64,000 nucleotides of DNA from an uncultured Acidobacteriota bacterium (GTDB lineage Bacteria; Acidobacteriota; Terriglobia; Terriglobales; Acidobacteriaceae): NCBI GenBank assembly GCA_963725565.1, contig CAVRZL010000019.1:39295-103294 (forward strand), read 5' to 3'. A program made the position numbers and the translations under genes. The notes beneath the pieces are model-generated. The model saw nothing but the letters and a program-made list of their open reading frames with translations, ran no database searches and was not told the DNA's origin. Of the stretch, positions 27,616-38,098 are shown in pieces (within the stretch, counting starts at the first letter, position 1; every line of letters starts with the position of its first letter).

Positions 27616-28151
27616 TGCGGCTATGGACAATGCGCCCTAAACCTAAAGACTCCATCTACTTATAGTTTCCTGTGATTCTGCTCACCGCATCTCCCCTTTT
27701 GGTGCGGCAAGTGCTCCCTTTCATAGCAACAAAGAGGCCGCACACTCTGATTATGACCTTCACTCTCTTCAAAATTCTGCGTCGCTTCCCGAAATGCCGT
27801 TCGATGCACTTGAGCGGCATGATGCATCGCCTTTCCTGACTTTGCCTACCAACTCGTAGCCTCTTGAAACTTGGCCCCAGAATGGGGCCATTTTTAATTC
27901 CAGCAAGAACGGTCCGCATCTGGATGACGAATGACTAGGGCGAGTTTCTCAATCTTGTCGCGCTCAGATACACTAACCTCCCAACATGTGCCCAGCGCGC
28001 GTCGTCCTAAACTGCCTGCTGTTTGTTGCAATTTGCGAAACGTCTAACGCCCAGACTCCGCAGTCCAAGCCAACTCCGGCGCCGTTCGCCGCGATCCCGC
28101 AAATGACCCAGGCGCAGCAGGAGAATTTCCCTCCGCAGTTGCTCAGATCAG

Positions 28152-29462
28152 TTGGGCCAAATCAAGGAAGCCGCACTGGCCGATGATTATGCGTACCGGC
28201 AACTGGCTCATCTGACGGAGAACATCGGCCCGCGGCCGAGCGGATCGTTGCAGGCGAAGGCTGCTGTGGATTATGTGGCGGACCAACTGCGGCAACTGGG
28301 GCTCGAGGTGCAATTGGAGCCGGTTAAAGTCCCGCATTGGGTGCGGGGAGCTGAAACCGCGGAGTTGACGGAATATTCCGGGCAGGTTGCGGGAACGACC
28401 CAGAAGATCGTTCTGACGGCGCTGGGTGGCAGTACCGCTACGCCCGTGGACGGGATCAACGCGGAGGTCGTTGTCGTCAACAACTTCGATGAACTCAAAG
28501 GGCTGGGCCACGAGCGTATCGCCGGCAAGATCGTGCTCTACAACGAGCTATTTGACAAACAGAAAGCGGCGGCGGGAATGTCATTCATCTCGTATGGCGA
28601 GGCCGTCCGCTACCGCGCGGCCGGAGCTAAGGCTGCCGTGGAGCTCGGCGCGGTCGCCGCGCTTGTCCGATCTGTCGGCAACGCGGACTATCGTTTGCCC
28701 CACACCGGGTTCAGCGTTCCGGCCGGGATTCCCGCAGGCGCGGTCACTGCCGAAGACGCCGAGTTGATCGCACATCTTGCAGCGCACGGGAAAGTCCGCA
28801 TGCATCTCACGCTGACTCCACAAACTCTTCCGGACACGACCGGATACAACGTCATCGCCGATCTGAAAGGCAGCGAACATCCGGAGCAGGTCGTCGTGGT
28901 GTCCGGGCATCTCGATTCCTGGGATCTCGGGACGGGAGCCATCGACGATGCAGCCGGAGTGGCGGTGGCGATGGAAGCTGCCGAGATTTTGCAGAAGCTC
29001 CACTTGCGACCCAAACGCACGCTGCGCGTGATTGCCTGGATGGACGAAGAAAGCGGCGGCGCGGGAAGTCAGACTTACACCAAAGATCATCTTGCCGAAT
29101 TTCCCAGGCACGTGGCGTGCATCGAGAGCGATTCCGGCGCGGCGCACCCACTGGGCTTCGACGTCAAGATGTCAACGAACGCTGGAGAGCTTCTGCGGCC
29201 TGCCTTGTCGGTGTTGCAAAGTTTCGGAGCCACCGCCCTGCAACCCAGCAGTTATCCGCCGGGCGCCGACATCTCCGGCATGTCCGATGCAGGAGTGCCT
29301 GCGCTCGGAATCCTGCAGGATGGCCGCACCTACTTCAACTATCATCACACGGCCGCCGACACGCTCGACAAGGTCGTTCCCGGCGAATTGCGCGAGAACG
29401 GCGCCGCGATGGCCGTGATGGGATACGCGCTGGCCAGTATGAAAGATCCGCTACCGCGATAA
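28152..29462 (+). CDS. M28 family peptidase; signal peptide encoded in a separate upstream frame
   Basis: 436-aa ORF with the M28 metal ligands (VVSGHLDSWDLGTGAIDDAAG, MDEESGGAGS, NYHHTAADT). ORF 27986-28186 encodes the matching signal peptide (MCPARVVLNCLLFVAICETSNAQ). It joins in frame if one extra base near 28151 is removed. Confidence 0.85.
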   Translation: MGQIKEAALADDYAYRQLAHLTENIGPRPSGSLQAKAAVDYVADQLRQLGLEVQLEPVKVPHWVRGAETAELTEYSGQVAGTTQKIVLTALGGSTATPVDGINAEVVVVNNFDELKGLGHERIAGKIVLYNELFDKQKAAAGMSFISYGEAVRYRAAGAKAAVELGAVAALVRSVGNADYRLPHTGFSVPAGIPAGAVTAEDAELIAHLAAHGKVRMHLTLTPQTLPDTTGYNVIADLKGSEHPEQVVVVSGHLDSWDLGTGAIDDAAGVAVAMEAAEILQKLHLRPKRTLRVIAWMDEESGGAGSQTYTKDHLAEFPRHVACIESDSGAAHPLGFDVKMSTNAGELLRPALSVLQSFGATALQPSSYPPGADISGMSDAGVPALGILQDGRTYFNYHHTAADTLDKVVPGELRENGAAMAVMGYALASMKDPLPR

Positions 29463-29693
29463 TCCGGACATTATTCCGCGCCGGCTGTCTGTGCTTCGGA
29501 TCACGGCAGTTCGCGAAACCTTCTGCAGCCTTGGGGGCGGTTGACGCATCTCAATTCTCGCGCTTATCATTTTCGTTTGGCCTAAGGGCGACGGACGCCT
29601 CCGAGATGGGGCGTCCTAAAAGTTTGATAAGGCAATTTTGGGATTTGAAGTGACCTATGGATAAGAAGAAGACTCGAAGCATTCAAGAAACGT

Positions 29694-30026
29694 TTGGAGA
29701 CACGGCAGCAGGAGTTGCGCCGTACGGTGAACCGCACTCAGGCCGATGGCCGCTCGGCGGACGAAGATACCGCCCAGGACATCGCCGATCGCGCCGCCAG
29801 TTCCTACACCAAGGAATTCCTGTTCAGCCAGAGCAACAACGAGCGCCAGATGCTGCAGATGGTGGATAAAGCCCTGGCTCGCATTCGCGAAGGCAGCTTC
29901 GGTGAATGCATCCACTGCGGCAAGGAGATCAACGCCAAGCGTCTCGAAGCCGTGCCCTGGACTCGCCACTGCATCGAGTGCCAGGAAAAGCTGGAGCAGG
30001 GATTGCTGGAAGAAGCTCCGCGCTAA
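29694..30026 (+). CDS. TraR/DksA family zinc-finger transcriptional regulator
   Basis: C4 finger CIHCGKEINAKRLEAVPWTRHCIEC. The expected N-terminus MDKKK (ATG 29657) is one base out of frame with LEAFKKRLETRQQELRR, from an extra base near 29672. Confidence 0.8.
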   Translation: METRQQELRRTVNRTQADGRSADEDTAQDIADRAASSYTKEFLFSQSNNERQMLQMVDKALARIREGSFGECIHCGKEINAKRLEAVPWTRHCIECQEKLEQGLLEEAPR

Positions 30027-30077
30027 GAATAGCTCTCGTGAGAAACGCCGCCGAGCAGTCGGCGGCGTTTGTATTTT

Positions 30078-30112
30078 GTGGTCAGTGGTCAGTGGTCAGT
30101 GGTTCGTGTGGG
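30078..30112. repeat. heptamer word array (GGTCAGT-type)
   Basis: GTGGTCA GTGGTCA GTGGTCA GTGGTTC GTGTGGG, after the dksA-like stop. Confidence 0.85.
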
Positions 30113-30164
30113 CGACGGGTGTTTTGTTTGGGGACGGCCGTCCGCCGGGCGCAGCCCGGAAGCC

Positions 30165-32377
30165 TTAGGCCGCCAACTGAAACGGCAGCTTCCTAACGCG
30201 CCGCCCACATGCCGCGAAAATTGCATTCGCCACGGCCGGCGCGGCGGGCGGCAACGCCGGTTCACCCATCCCTCCGGGATCGTCTTTGCTCTTCGGTTAG
30301 ATGAACTTCGATGGGCGGAGCTTCGTTGATTCGAATCGGATCGTAGCCGTCGAAGTTGCGTCTGCTCGACCGCACCATTCTTGATCGTGATTTCGTTCTT
30401 CAGCGCCGCGCTCAGTCCGTAGATAATCGCGCTCTCCGCCTGCGCGCGCACGGACTCCGGATTCACGATCTGTCCGCAATCGATCGCGGCCACCATGCGA
30501 TCGATCTTGAAGTTGTTGCCGTTGACTGTGACTTCCGCCACTTCTGCGATGTAGCTTCCAAACGAATGATAGGTCGCGATGCCGCGTCCTTTGCCCTTGG
30601 GCAGCGGCTTGCGCCCATCCTGACTTTTCCGCGGCGAGTTCGAGCACAGCACGCAAACGCGCCGGATCTGGATCGTCTTCGTCTCTTCGCCTTCCAGTTC
30701 GCCGGCTTCACGAGCAAGTCCTCGACGGAACTCAACCGGATCCTTCCCCGCGGCCGCGGCGAGTTCGTCGATGAAGCATTCCACCGCAAATCCGTTGAAC
30801 GAGTGCTCGACCGATCGCCACCACAAGCGGCGGCACCGCGCTGGCCACCGGGTTGTATTCGAGGCGCACATTCGGAATCGCGTACGGCATTTGCTCGGCG
30901 CCACCGACTTCGGATTCTTCGGTGCTTGTCGGGAGAATCCCAGATTGCTCCAATCGAAGTAGACGCGATGGTGTGCGACCACGACAAGCGGACGCCCGGC
31001 TTGATCGACGGCGCCTTGCATCCGATGACACGCCGCTGGCCGATAGAAGTCGTGCGTCATATCGTCTTCGCGGCGACCAGACCAGTTGCACCGGCTTGCC
31101 CGACGACCTTCGCGATCTGCGCGGCCTCTGCCGGATAGTCCGCCATGTAGCGGCGTCCAAATCCTCCGCCCATGAGCGTGGTGTGGACCGTGACTTTCTC
31201 GGGCTTGAGGTCGAGAATCTTTGCGACCGTGCGCTGCACCCAGTCGGGAGACTGCGTCGGCGCCCACACTTCAGCTTCGCCGCTCCGCGCGTGGACCGTG
31301 ATGTTCATCGGCTCCATCGTGGCGTGCGCGAGATAGGGAAATTCGTAGATCGCCTCGACTCGCTTAGCGCCAGCCGGGCAGTACGGCATCGACGTTGCCG
31401 TCGTTGCGAACGCGCTTGCCGGTTTTCGCCGCGGCCGCGTGCAGGGACTCGTGCAGCGCGCTGGTCGATTCGGAAGCCGACGGCACCGTGGTCCCAGCTG
31501 ATCTGCAGTGCTTCCCGGCCTTCATCGCGGCCCAGGTTGAATCGGCGACCACCACGACTCCGCCGGCGGTGAACATGTCTCTCCCCAGCGCCGGAATTTC
31601 GAAAACATCGCTCACGCCGGGAACAGCTTTCGCTTTCGCTCCATCGAAGTGCGCGGGCTTGCCTCCGAACGTTGGACAGCGCGCCACGACTGCAAACAGC
31701 ATGTCGGGCACGCGCACATCCAGGCCAAACTGCGCGCTGCCGTTGACCTTTGACGGAATGTCGACGCGCGGCGTAGCATGTCCGATCAATTCGAATTCGG
31801 ATTCGTCCTTGAGTTCGACCTTTTCCGGATCGGGCAGAGGCAACTTCATTGCCGCTTCGCACGAATTCGCCGTAGCTCGCGTGACGCGACGATTTCTCGT
31901 GCAACACGATTCCCTGCTTCGCCTCGCACTCTTTCGCCGGAACATTCCACTTGGAGGCAGCAGCGGTGATCATCAACGTCGCGCACCGTCGCTCCGGCGC
32001 GCCGCAGCGGCATGAAATTTTCCATGCGTGCTGCCGCTGCCGCCGGTGCCCATGTGCTCGTAAATATCGGGTCGCGTCTCCGCCTGCTCGACACTGACCG
32101 ATTTGAAATCGACTTCGGCCTCTTCGGCGAGAATCATCGCCAGGCCCAGTCTTGATTCCCTGCCCCATCTCCGATTTCGCCACGATCAGACGAAATCTTG
32201 CCGTCGGGCTTCACGTGGATGTAGGCGTCAAACGGATTCGGCGGGCCTTCTTTGCGGCTTTCTCGATTCTCCTGCGCGAGAGGAGCGGCACGGCGAAGCC
32301 GCACACCGATCACCAGCCCGGCTCCGGCGTCGTGCGCTGCGAGCGACAAATTTTCGGCGGCTGATCGTCATGGTCAT
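30165..32377 (-). pseudogene. molybdopterin-binding oxidoreductase large subunit (IorB / aldehyde oxidase-xanthine dehydrogenase family), heavily frameshifted
   Basis: Recognisable segments are scattered over all three minus frames: [125 protein letters not shown]. About 20 frame changes are needed, each of the +1 type. Confidence 0.8.
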
Positions 32378-32379
32378 GG

Positions 32380-32845
32380 CTAGGCTCCTTCCCCGGCGGC
32401 GCGATGAATCGCGCGCCGAATCCGCTGATACATGCCGCAGCGGCACAGGTTGCCGGCCATCGCGGAATCGATCTGATCGTCCGTTGGCTTGGGCGTTTTC
32501 GCGAGCAGTGCAGCCGCCGACATGATCTGTCCGGGCTGGCAGTATCCGCACTGCGGCACCTGCTCGGCGATCCATGCCTGCTGCACGGGATGTGAGTTGT
32601 CGGCCGACAGACCTTCGATCGTCGTGATCTTCTTCGCCCCGACGCCGAAGACACGCCGTCTGGCAGGACGCGTACGGCTTCGCCGTCGAGATGCACCGTG
32701 CATGCTCCGCACAGTCCCATGCCGCAGCCGTACTTGGTGCCGGTCATGTTCAGCTTGTCGCGCAAGAACCCACAACAGCGGAGTGTCGGGAGAGACGTCC
32801 AACGTCGTGGGCACGGTCGTTGATCATCAGATGAAAGGCAGACAT
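32380..32845 (-). pseudogene. (2Fe-2S)-binding small subunit (IorA-like), frameshifted
   Basis: The pieces [11 protein letters not shown] | [16 protein letters not shown] | [31 protein letters not shown] | SCQT | ..[39 protein letters not shown] lie in successive frames. That is four +1 shifts in 466 nt. Confidence 0.85.
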
Positions 32846-32943
32846 AGCAGAACTCCCCAGAGAAGGTTAAGACTTTAGACGAGGCTACTCCAAAGAGGTT
32901 TACCGGGGCAAATCTTCTTGGCTGGCTCAAGGCTCCCACGGTT

Positions 32944-33008
32944 GTCATGCTGAGCGCAGCAGTGAGGCGAGCGAAGCGAGCCTCAGTGCGCAGTCGAAGC
33001 ATCCCTGC
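32944..33008 (+). repeat. REP/MITE-like element, GTCATGCTGAGCG family
   Basis: GTCATGCTGAGCGCAGCAGTGAGGCGAGCGAAGCGAGCCTCAGTGCGCAGTCGAAGCATCCCTGC. Confidence 0.75.
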
Positions 33009-33111
33009 CCCGGTCCAACTCCATCCACGGGGAGCAGCCCGATGCCAGATGAATCCAATACGGATGGATTCACGTTCGACGCGATCATTCCTCACGCGGG
33101 AATTGGACGAT

Positions 33112-33175
33112 GGCAGGGATGCTTCGACTCCGCGAGAGACTCGCATTCGCTCGCCTCTCGCTGCGCTCGGCATGA
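33112..33175 (-). repeat. REP/MITE-like element, GTCATGCTGAGCG family, inverted copy
   Basis: GCAGGGATGCTTCGACTCCGCGAGAGACTCGCATTCGCTCGCCTCTCGCTGCGCTCGGCATGAC is the reverse orientation of the 32944 copy. Confidence 0.75.
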
Positions 33176-33211
33176 CAGTGGCTTAGGGCGCGGTGCAGCA
33201 TCAAACCGCTT

Positions 33212-33307
33212 CGTAGAGACGCTGCTTGCAACGTCTCTGCCGGCAGCGGCATTTTCCTTGAATTCGGCAATGCTGCCAGCAGAGACGTAGCAAGCTACGT
33301 CTCTACG
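33212..33307. repeat. MITE-like element with CGTAGAGACG termini (copy 2)
   Basis: CGTAGAGACGCTGCTTGCAACGTCTC...AGAGACGTAGCAAGCTACGTCTCTACG, the same architecture as 1724-1826. Confidence 0.75.
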
Positions 33308-33321
33308 ACTCAGTGTTCTCG

Positions 33322-35106
33322 CTAAATACCCGGTTTCTTCATCTCCTCGGCTGCGGCTTCAGCTCCTGGCATCACATTCTTCAGCGGAGCTTTGCGCTGC
33401 TCGTCGAGTTCGGGATGCGGCAGCGGCTTGCGCGGCAGCATCTGGTCGCGCATGGCCGTGTTGTAGACGAAGATCGCTTCCACGGTTGCCGCCTGCGCCA
33501 GATCGTCCGGCTGCAGCCGCTCGTAGGTGTCCATGTTGGAGTGGTGCGTGCGCGAGCCGTAGTCCAGCATGTCCTGGATGAACTGGAATCCGGGGATTCC
33601 CACCGCATCGAACGCTTCGTGATCGGTGCCGCCGGTATCGCGCATGGTGATGGTCGCAACGCCGAGGTCAGCTAGCGGCGCCATCCATTGCTGGAAGATC
33701 GACGCAATGCCTGCGTTCTGCTGCAGGTAGATGCCGCGAATCTTTCCGCTGCCGTTATCGACGTTGAAGTAGCCGGAGATTTTTGGCTGCTCGGGTTTGA
33801 GTTCGACCGGGCCCGCAGGCTTGCGCAGGAATTCAGGCAGCTTCACCTGATCGGGAGCGGTCGGACAGCGGGACGAAGCCGAAATGCTGCTTCACGTAAC
33901 CGTAGGAGCCAAACTCTCCCTGCTCTTCGCCGGTCCAGAGGCCGACGCGAATGGTGCGGCGCGGCTGAACCTTTAACGTATTGAGGATGCGCATTACTTC
34001 CATCGCGACGATGGTTCCCGCGCCGTTGTCGGTGGCGCCGGTCGCCGAGGCCCAGGAATCGAGATGGCCGCCCACCATGACGACTTCATCTTTCAGCTTC
34101 GGATCGGTGCCGGGAATTTCCGCAATCGTGTCGAAGCCGTGCTCGTGGTCGCCGGTGAATTCTGTTTCTACGTCCATCTCGACCGTGACCGGAACGTTGG
34201 CCTTGAGCAGGCGGTACACGCGGCCGTAGCTTTCAATCGCCATTACGACCACGGGTAAGGGCTCGGCGTGCTCGCGCTGGTAGGTGAACCATCCCATGCC
34301 GGAGCCGCCATCGTCGAAGATGGTGCCGCCGGAGCCGCCATTGTTGCGGCCGTCGCGGCTGGGGACTACGACTCCGGCAGCGTGCTCCGCGGCCAGGAAC
34401 TTGCCAGCCTTCTCGCGAAACTCCAGTTTCTTGATGAACTCCTCAAAGAAATCTTCATGCTCTCCGACGTGCACTGGATATTCTGTGGTCTGCTTCAGGT
34501 TGGCGTCGTCGCGCCGTTCAAACAGAGGCTTGTCGACGGGCTTCACCTCGCGCATCTCGCCGAAGAAAACGATTTTGCCTTCCAGTTTGCCCTTGTACTT
34601 CTCCAAATCTTTTTCGTCCTTGGCATTCACCCAGATGGCGCGGCCGTTGATCGGGCCTTTGCTCGACGGCGACCAGGGCAGCGCCTGAGCGATGAAGACG
34701 GCCGTATCCGGGCGCCGACATGCGCACCCAGGTATTCAGCTGGCGCCATCCCATGCCGAACTCGCCCCAGTCTTCGAGATGAGCATTGCTGCATCCCATG
34801 GCGGTGAACTGATCGCGCGTCCATTCGTTCGCCTTCTTCAGGTTGGGCGATCCGGTCAGCCGCGGGCCGATTCCATCCATGAGCGCCGGAGGCAAATTCC
34901 ATGACGTGCGAGTGCGCCAAGCCTTCTTCGCGGATGCGCTGGTACATCGCGTAGTCGAGGTTCTCGGTTGCGGGCTGCGGCAGGTCGTAAGACGCCTTGC
35001 TCTCGTCAGCCTTCGAATCTTTCGACTTTTTGTCGGCGGCGAAGAGAGAGAGTGAGAGGCAAAGCAGAATGGCAAGGGTGGAGAACAACCGCTTTTGCGA
35101 TGACAT
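33322..35106 (-). pseudogene. M28 family peptidase (secreted), three +1 frameshifts
   Basis: ORFs 34627-35199, 34518-35243, 33833-34630 and 33322-33846 carry consecutive parts: signal peptide MSSQKRLFSTLAILLCLSLSLFA, ALMDGIGPRLTGSPN, VMVGGHLDSWASATGATDNGAG, WTGEEQGEFGS, GGTDHEAF, HHSNMDTY. Shifts lie near 34887, 34709 and about 33850. Confidence 0.85.
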
Positions 35107-35335
35107 TTTCCTTGGTTCCTCCCCGGAACGGAAAGCGCAGAGTAGCAGAATGGCAGGACGTTTTGGAAGGCGAAACCGGAGCAGCCAGGGGAGACACAAC
35201 GGTGATCAAATGTTTCTGTTTTACATATGGGCGGGGAAACCAAAAGACGCTATTGCGGCATTATGGCAGCGGAAATCCATCTGGAAGCTTGGGGCAAGGT
35301 AGCTACGTCTAGTCCGCGGAAGGCTAGACTCCAGG

Positions 35336-35750
35336 TTACACATTTACGTTCGGCGTTGGCCGTCGGAGCGGGTCTGCGTCAGCGTCGACGGTGAGGCCGG
35401 ACAAAACCGTACAGAACTTAGCGCAATCAAGAGGCTTCTCCAGCAGGTCCGCAGCCCCCAGACGCTTTACGAGGCTTCTCATTTCGTTTCCGGCGTTTCC
35501 GGTGACCACCAGCACGGGGATGTGTTTGGTCTTGGTTGACAGTTTCAATTTCTTGAGAACCTCAATGCCTGATCCTCCGGGCATGCTGATATCCAAGATA
35601 ACGGCGTGCGGGCGGTGTTGGGTCGCCATCACAAATGCCTGAATAGCATCGGATGCGACCACTACCTCGAAGCCGCGATCACTGCAACCATCCGGATATC
35701 AGATGTACGTAAAGGCGGGAATCGTCGGCGATGAGAATCTTGGGCATCAT
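35336..35750 (-). pseudogene. single-domain response regulator (CheY-like receiver), one +1 frameshift
   Basis: MPKILIADDSRLYVHLISGWLQ (ORF 35679-35873) continues as RGFEVVVASDAIQAF..AVILDISMPGGSGIEVLKKLK..PVLVVTG (ORF 35336-35662) once an extra base near 35681 is removed. Confidence 0.8.
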
Positions 35751-35845
35751 GGCTGCTCTAAGACGGAAATGCTTCCTCAGCGACTGCGGAGCGCACTGCA
35801 GCCTCAGCGATGGGATGCGGTCGGGAAGTTCCGTGAAGATTTTCC

Positions 35846-36202
35846 TCAATGCAGTCCACAAGGGGCTCTGCACCCTCGATCCAGCGCAAGATCCGCTTTC
35901 GCCAGAAAATCGAAAGCTCCGTCGCCCCGCAATCGCTCGGCATTTGCCTGCGAGAGTCCAGTCAGCACTACGACCGGAATCGCCTCAGTTGCGGGCTCTT
36001 TCTTCAGTGCCTTCAGAACTTCCAGCCCGCTCATTTTCGGCAGCATCATGTCGAGCAGAATGAGGTCCGGCCGCTCTTCGTTCGCCATGAGCAAGGCCTC
36101 ATCTCCGTCGGCTGCGAAGCTCAGCTCATAGCCCGCACGGGTCAGTGCCCGGCCCGTCGCTTTTCTCAACAACTTACTGTCTTCCACCAGCAGGATTTTC
36201 AT
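35846..36202 (-). CDS. single-domain response regulator (CheY-like receiver)
   Basis: MKILLVEDSKLLRKA...DLILLDMMLPKMSGLEVLKALK...PVVVLTGLS. Internal ATG of ORF 35846-36271. The C-terminal tail may continue in another frame to about 35758. Confidence 0.8.
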   Translation of the reverse strand: MKILLVEDSKLLRKATGRALTRAGYELSFAADGDEALLMANEERPDLILLDMMLPKMSGLEVLKALKKEPATEAIPVVVLTGLSQANAERLRGDGAFDFLAKADLALDRGCRAPCGLH

Positions 36203-36630
36203 GAAGTGACCTCGCCAATTCGCACAAGGCGGTGCCTTGGACGGCATTCGGCTCAACCTCAAGCTGTGCACTTTGACGACCAGTCTTAAACTCCCTCAAG
36301 ACGCTGACATGTTGCGTTCTGCCAGTATTTGCCAGAAATCCGAGAGGAACAGCACTGTCCTAATCTTGGACTCATTCCGGTTTCCGGACAGTCACTTTCT
36401 CAAACACACCAGTTTTCCTCTCCATCCGGTTCTTCAAAATCTTCATCCAACGTCCGCATCAAGGCTCACGACGCTCCCGACCCCGCGTTCCCTGCTCTCG
36501 GGTGTCGCACAAGCTCTCAAAACTTCGGTCGAGAGTAAGTCGCTAACATGCCGTTCCCTTTTGACGCCTGTTTTTACCCCTGTTAAACTTTATGTTTGTC
36601 CAGCCACCACCAAGTGCAGAAGGGAAGTCC

Positions 36631-37364
36631 GTGCGCGCAGAAACCCGCCATCAACTGAAACAGGATGCCTTTAGCCGTGTCACCATCGGCGCTGCCGAAA
36701 AAACAGCCCATTGGACGGTCGAGCACCAGTCCACCCTCATCATCTCCGTCAGTCGCCGCGGTGATCGTGATTGGCGCCGTCGATCGGCGGCTGGTACTAC
36801 CTGAACGCGCAGGACGAAAAGGCCAGTCTCGAACTGCTCCAGGCGGTTCGCACCATGGATACGCAGCTGCGCCCGGCGGGCACGCCGGAGCAGCCGGATT
36901 TTCCGACCTTCACCTCGGCCAAGGAACGCGCCGAAGCGGCGCAGAAAGCAGTTTCAGGCGATCGTCGACAAGTATCCGCACACCCGCACTGCCGACATGG
37001 CGCACTACTTTCTGGGCGTGACCGCGCAGACTCTTGTCGGACAACGCGACGGCCGAGCGCAATTTCAAAGAGGTGGCTTCCGTGGGAAATCGCGAGATCT
37101 GGCCTCTGTTGCCAAGGACGCCTCTGGCCTCGCTGTACGGCCAGACCAACCGCACCAAGGATGCCGTCGCGCTTGTATCAGGAACTGATCAACAAGCCGA
37201 CTACGTCGGTCAGCAAAGTGACGGCCCAGTTGCAATTGGCCGAGCTTTATCAGAATTCCAACCAGCCGCTCGATGCCAAGCGCATCTACGAGCAGGTCAA
37301 GAAAGACAATCCCGGTAACGAAGCGGGACAGTTGGCTACGCAGAAGCTGGCGCAACTGAAGTAG
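36631..37364 (+). pseudogene. YfgM/TPR-like membrane-anchored protein, five +1 frameshifts
   Basis: VRAETRHQLKQDAFSRV.. | VAAVIVIGAV | IGGWYYLNAQDEKASLELLQAVRT.. | QFQAIVDKYPHTRTADMAHYFLGVTA | SDNATAERNFKEVASVGN.. | LYQELINKPTTSV..AELYQ. The ORF start phases step 1,2,0,1,2,0. Confidence 0.6.
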
Positions 37365-37380
37365 CAGATGCGGGCCAGTC

Positions 37381-37571
37381 GGACCTCAGGCGTCGGGACT
37401 CGGTCGTGAGTCTTGGGTCATTGGGTTTTGGGTCTCGGGTCTTCGGCCCTTCGGTCTCAGACATTCAACCGCAAACGCCAAGACCTAAGACCTACGACCT
37501 AAGAACCACACCAAGACCTACGACCTAAGAACCACACCAAGACCTACAACCTGAGACCCACCCCGAGGTCC
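37381..37571. repeat. ~190-nt word-array hairpin (GGGTCTTGG-type arm / CCAAGACCT-type arm)
   Basis: The left arm 37381-37460 (GGACCTCAGG..GGGTCTCGGGTCTTCGG..GGTCTCAG) is complementary to the right arm 37489-37571 (AGACCTAAGACCTACGACC...GAGACCCACCCCGAGGTCC). The right arm contains a ~27-bp direct duplication. Confidence 0.85.
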
Positions 37572-37629
37572 GCTGCCCCCTGTGAGTACCATGTTCTGCT
37601 GTTTCAAACTCCCATAACACTGGACAAAC

Positions 37630-38098
37630 ATGGCCGACATCACACTCCGCGTTAACGGCAGTGAAAAGAAAGTCACCGTCTCTCCTGAAACACCTCTCCT
37701 CTGGGTTCTGCGCGACACCCTGGAAACTGACCGGAACAAAATTTGGTTGCGGCGCCGGACTGTGCGGCGCGTGCACCGTGCATGTCGATGGCAATCCGAT
37801 CCGCTCGTGCTCGACTCCGGTCTCGCAAGTCGCCGGCAAGAACGTGACCACGATTGAAGGTCTGAGCGCCAACGGCCTGCACGTGCTGCAGCAGGCCTGG
37901 ATCGCGGAAGAAGTTCCGCAATGCGGCTACTGCCAGACCGGACAGATCATGTCGGCGGCCGCGCTGCTGGCGAAGACGCCGAATCCCACGGACGACCAGA
38001 TCACGCAGGCGATGAACGGCAACCTGTGCCGCTGCGGAACCTATGAACGGATTCGCAAGGCGATTCATCGCGCCGCCGGCAATGGAGGTGCGCGATGA
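37630..38098 (+). pseudogene. (2Fe-2S)-binding small subunit (IorA-like), second copy, one +1 frameshift
   Basis: [32 protein letters not shown] continues as [28 protein letters not shown]...[26 protein letters not shown] after an extra base near 37725. Confidence 0.85.

Noticed and set aside
27656-27919. 87-aa minus-strand ORF as a possible IS5-family transposase C-terminal scrap (..CIERHFGKRRRILKR..)
   Set aside because: The resemblance to the IE..FG.LK motif is too weak and short to support a call without a database search. No inverted repeats or DDE region were found.
26155-27990. Search for additional gas-vesicle genes (gvpA/J/M/N/K/G/O) around the GvpL/F-like gene
   Set aside because: No small hydrophobic GvpA-like ORF and no AAA+ GvpN-like ORF appears in any frame, so no gas-vesicle cluster is claimed.
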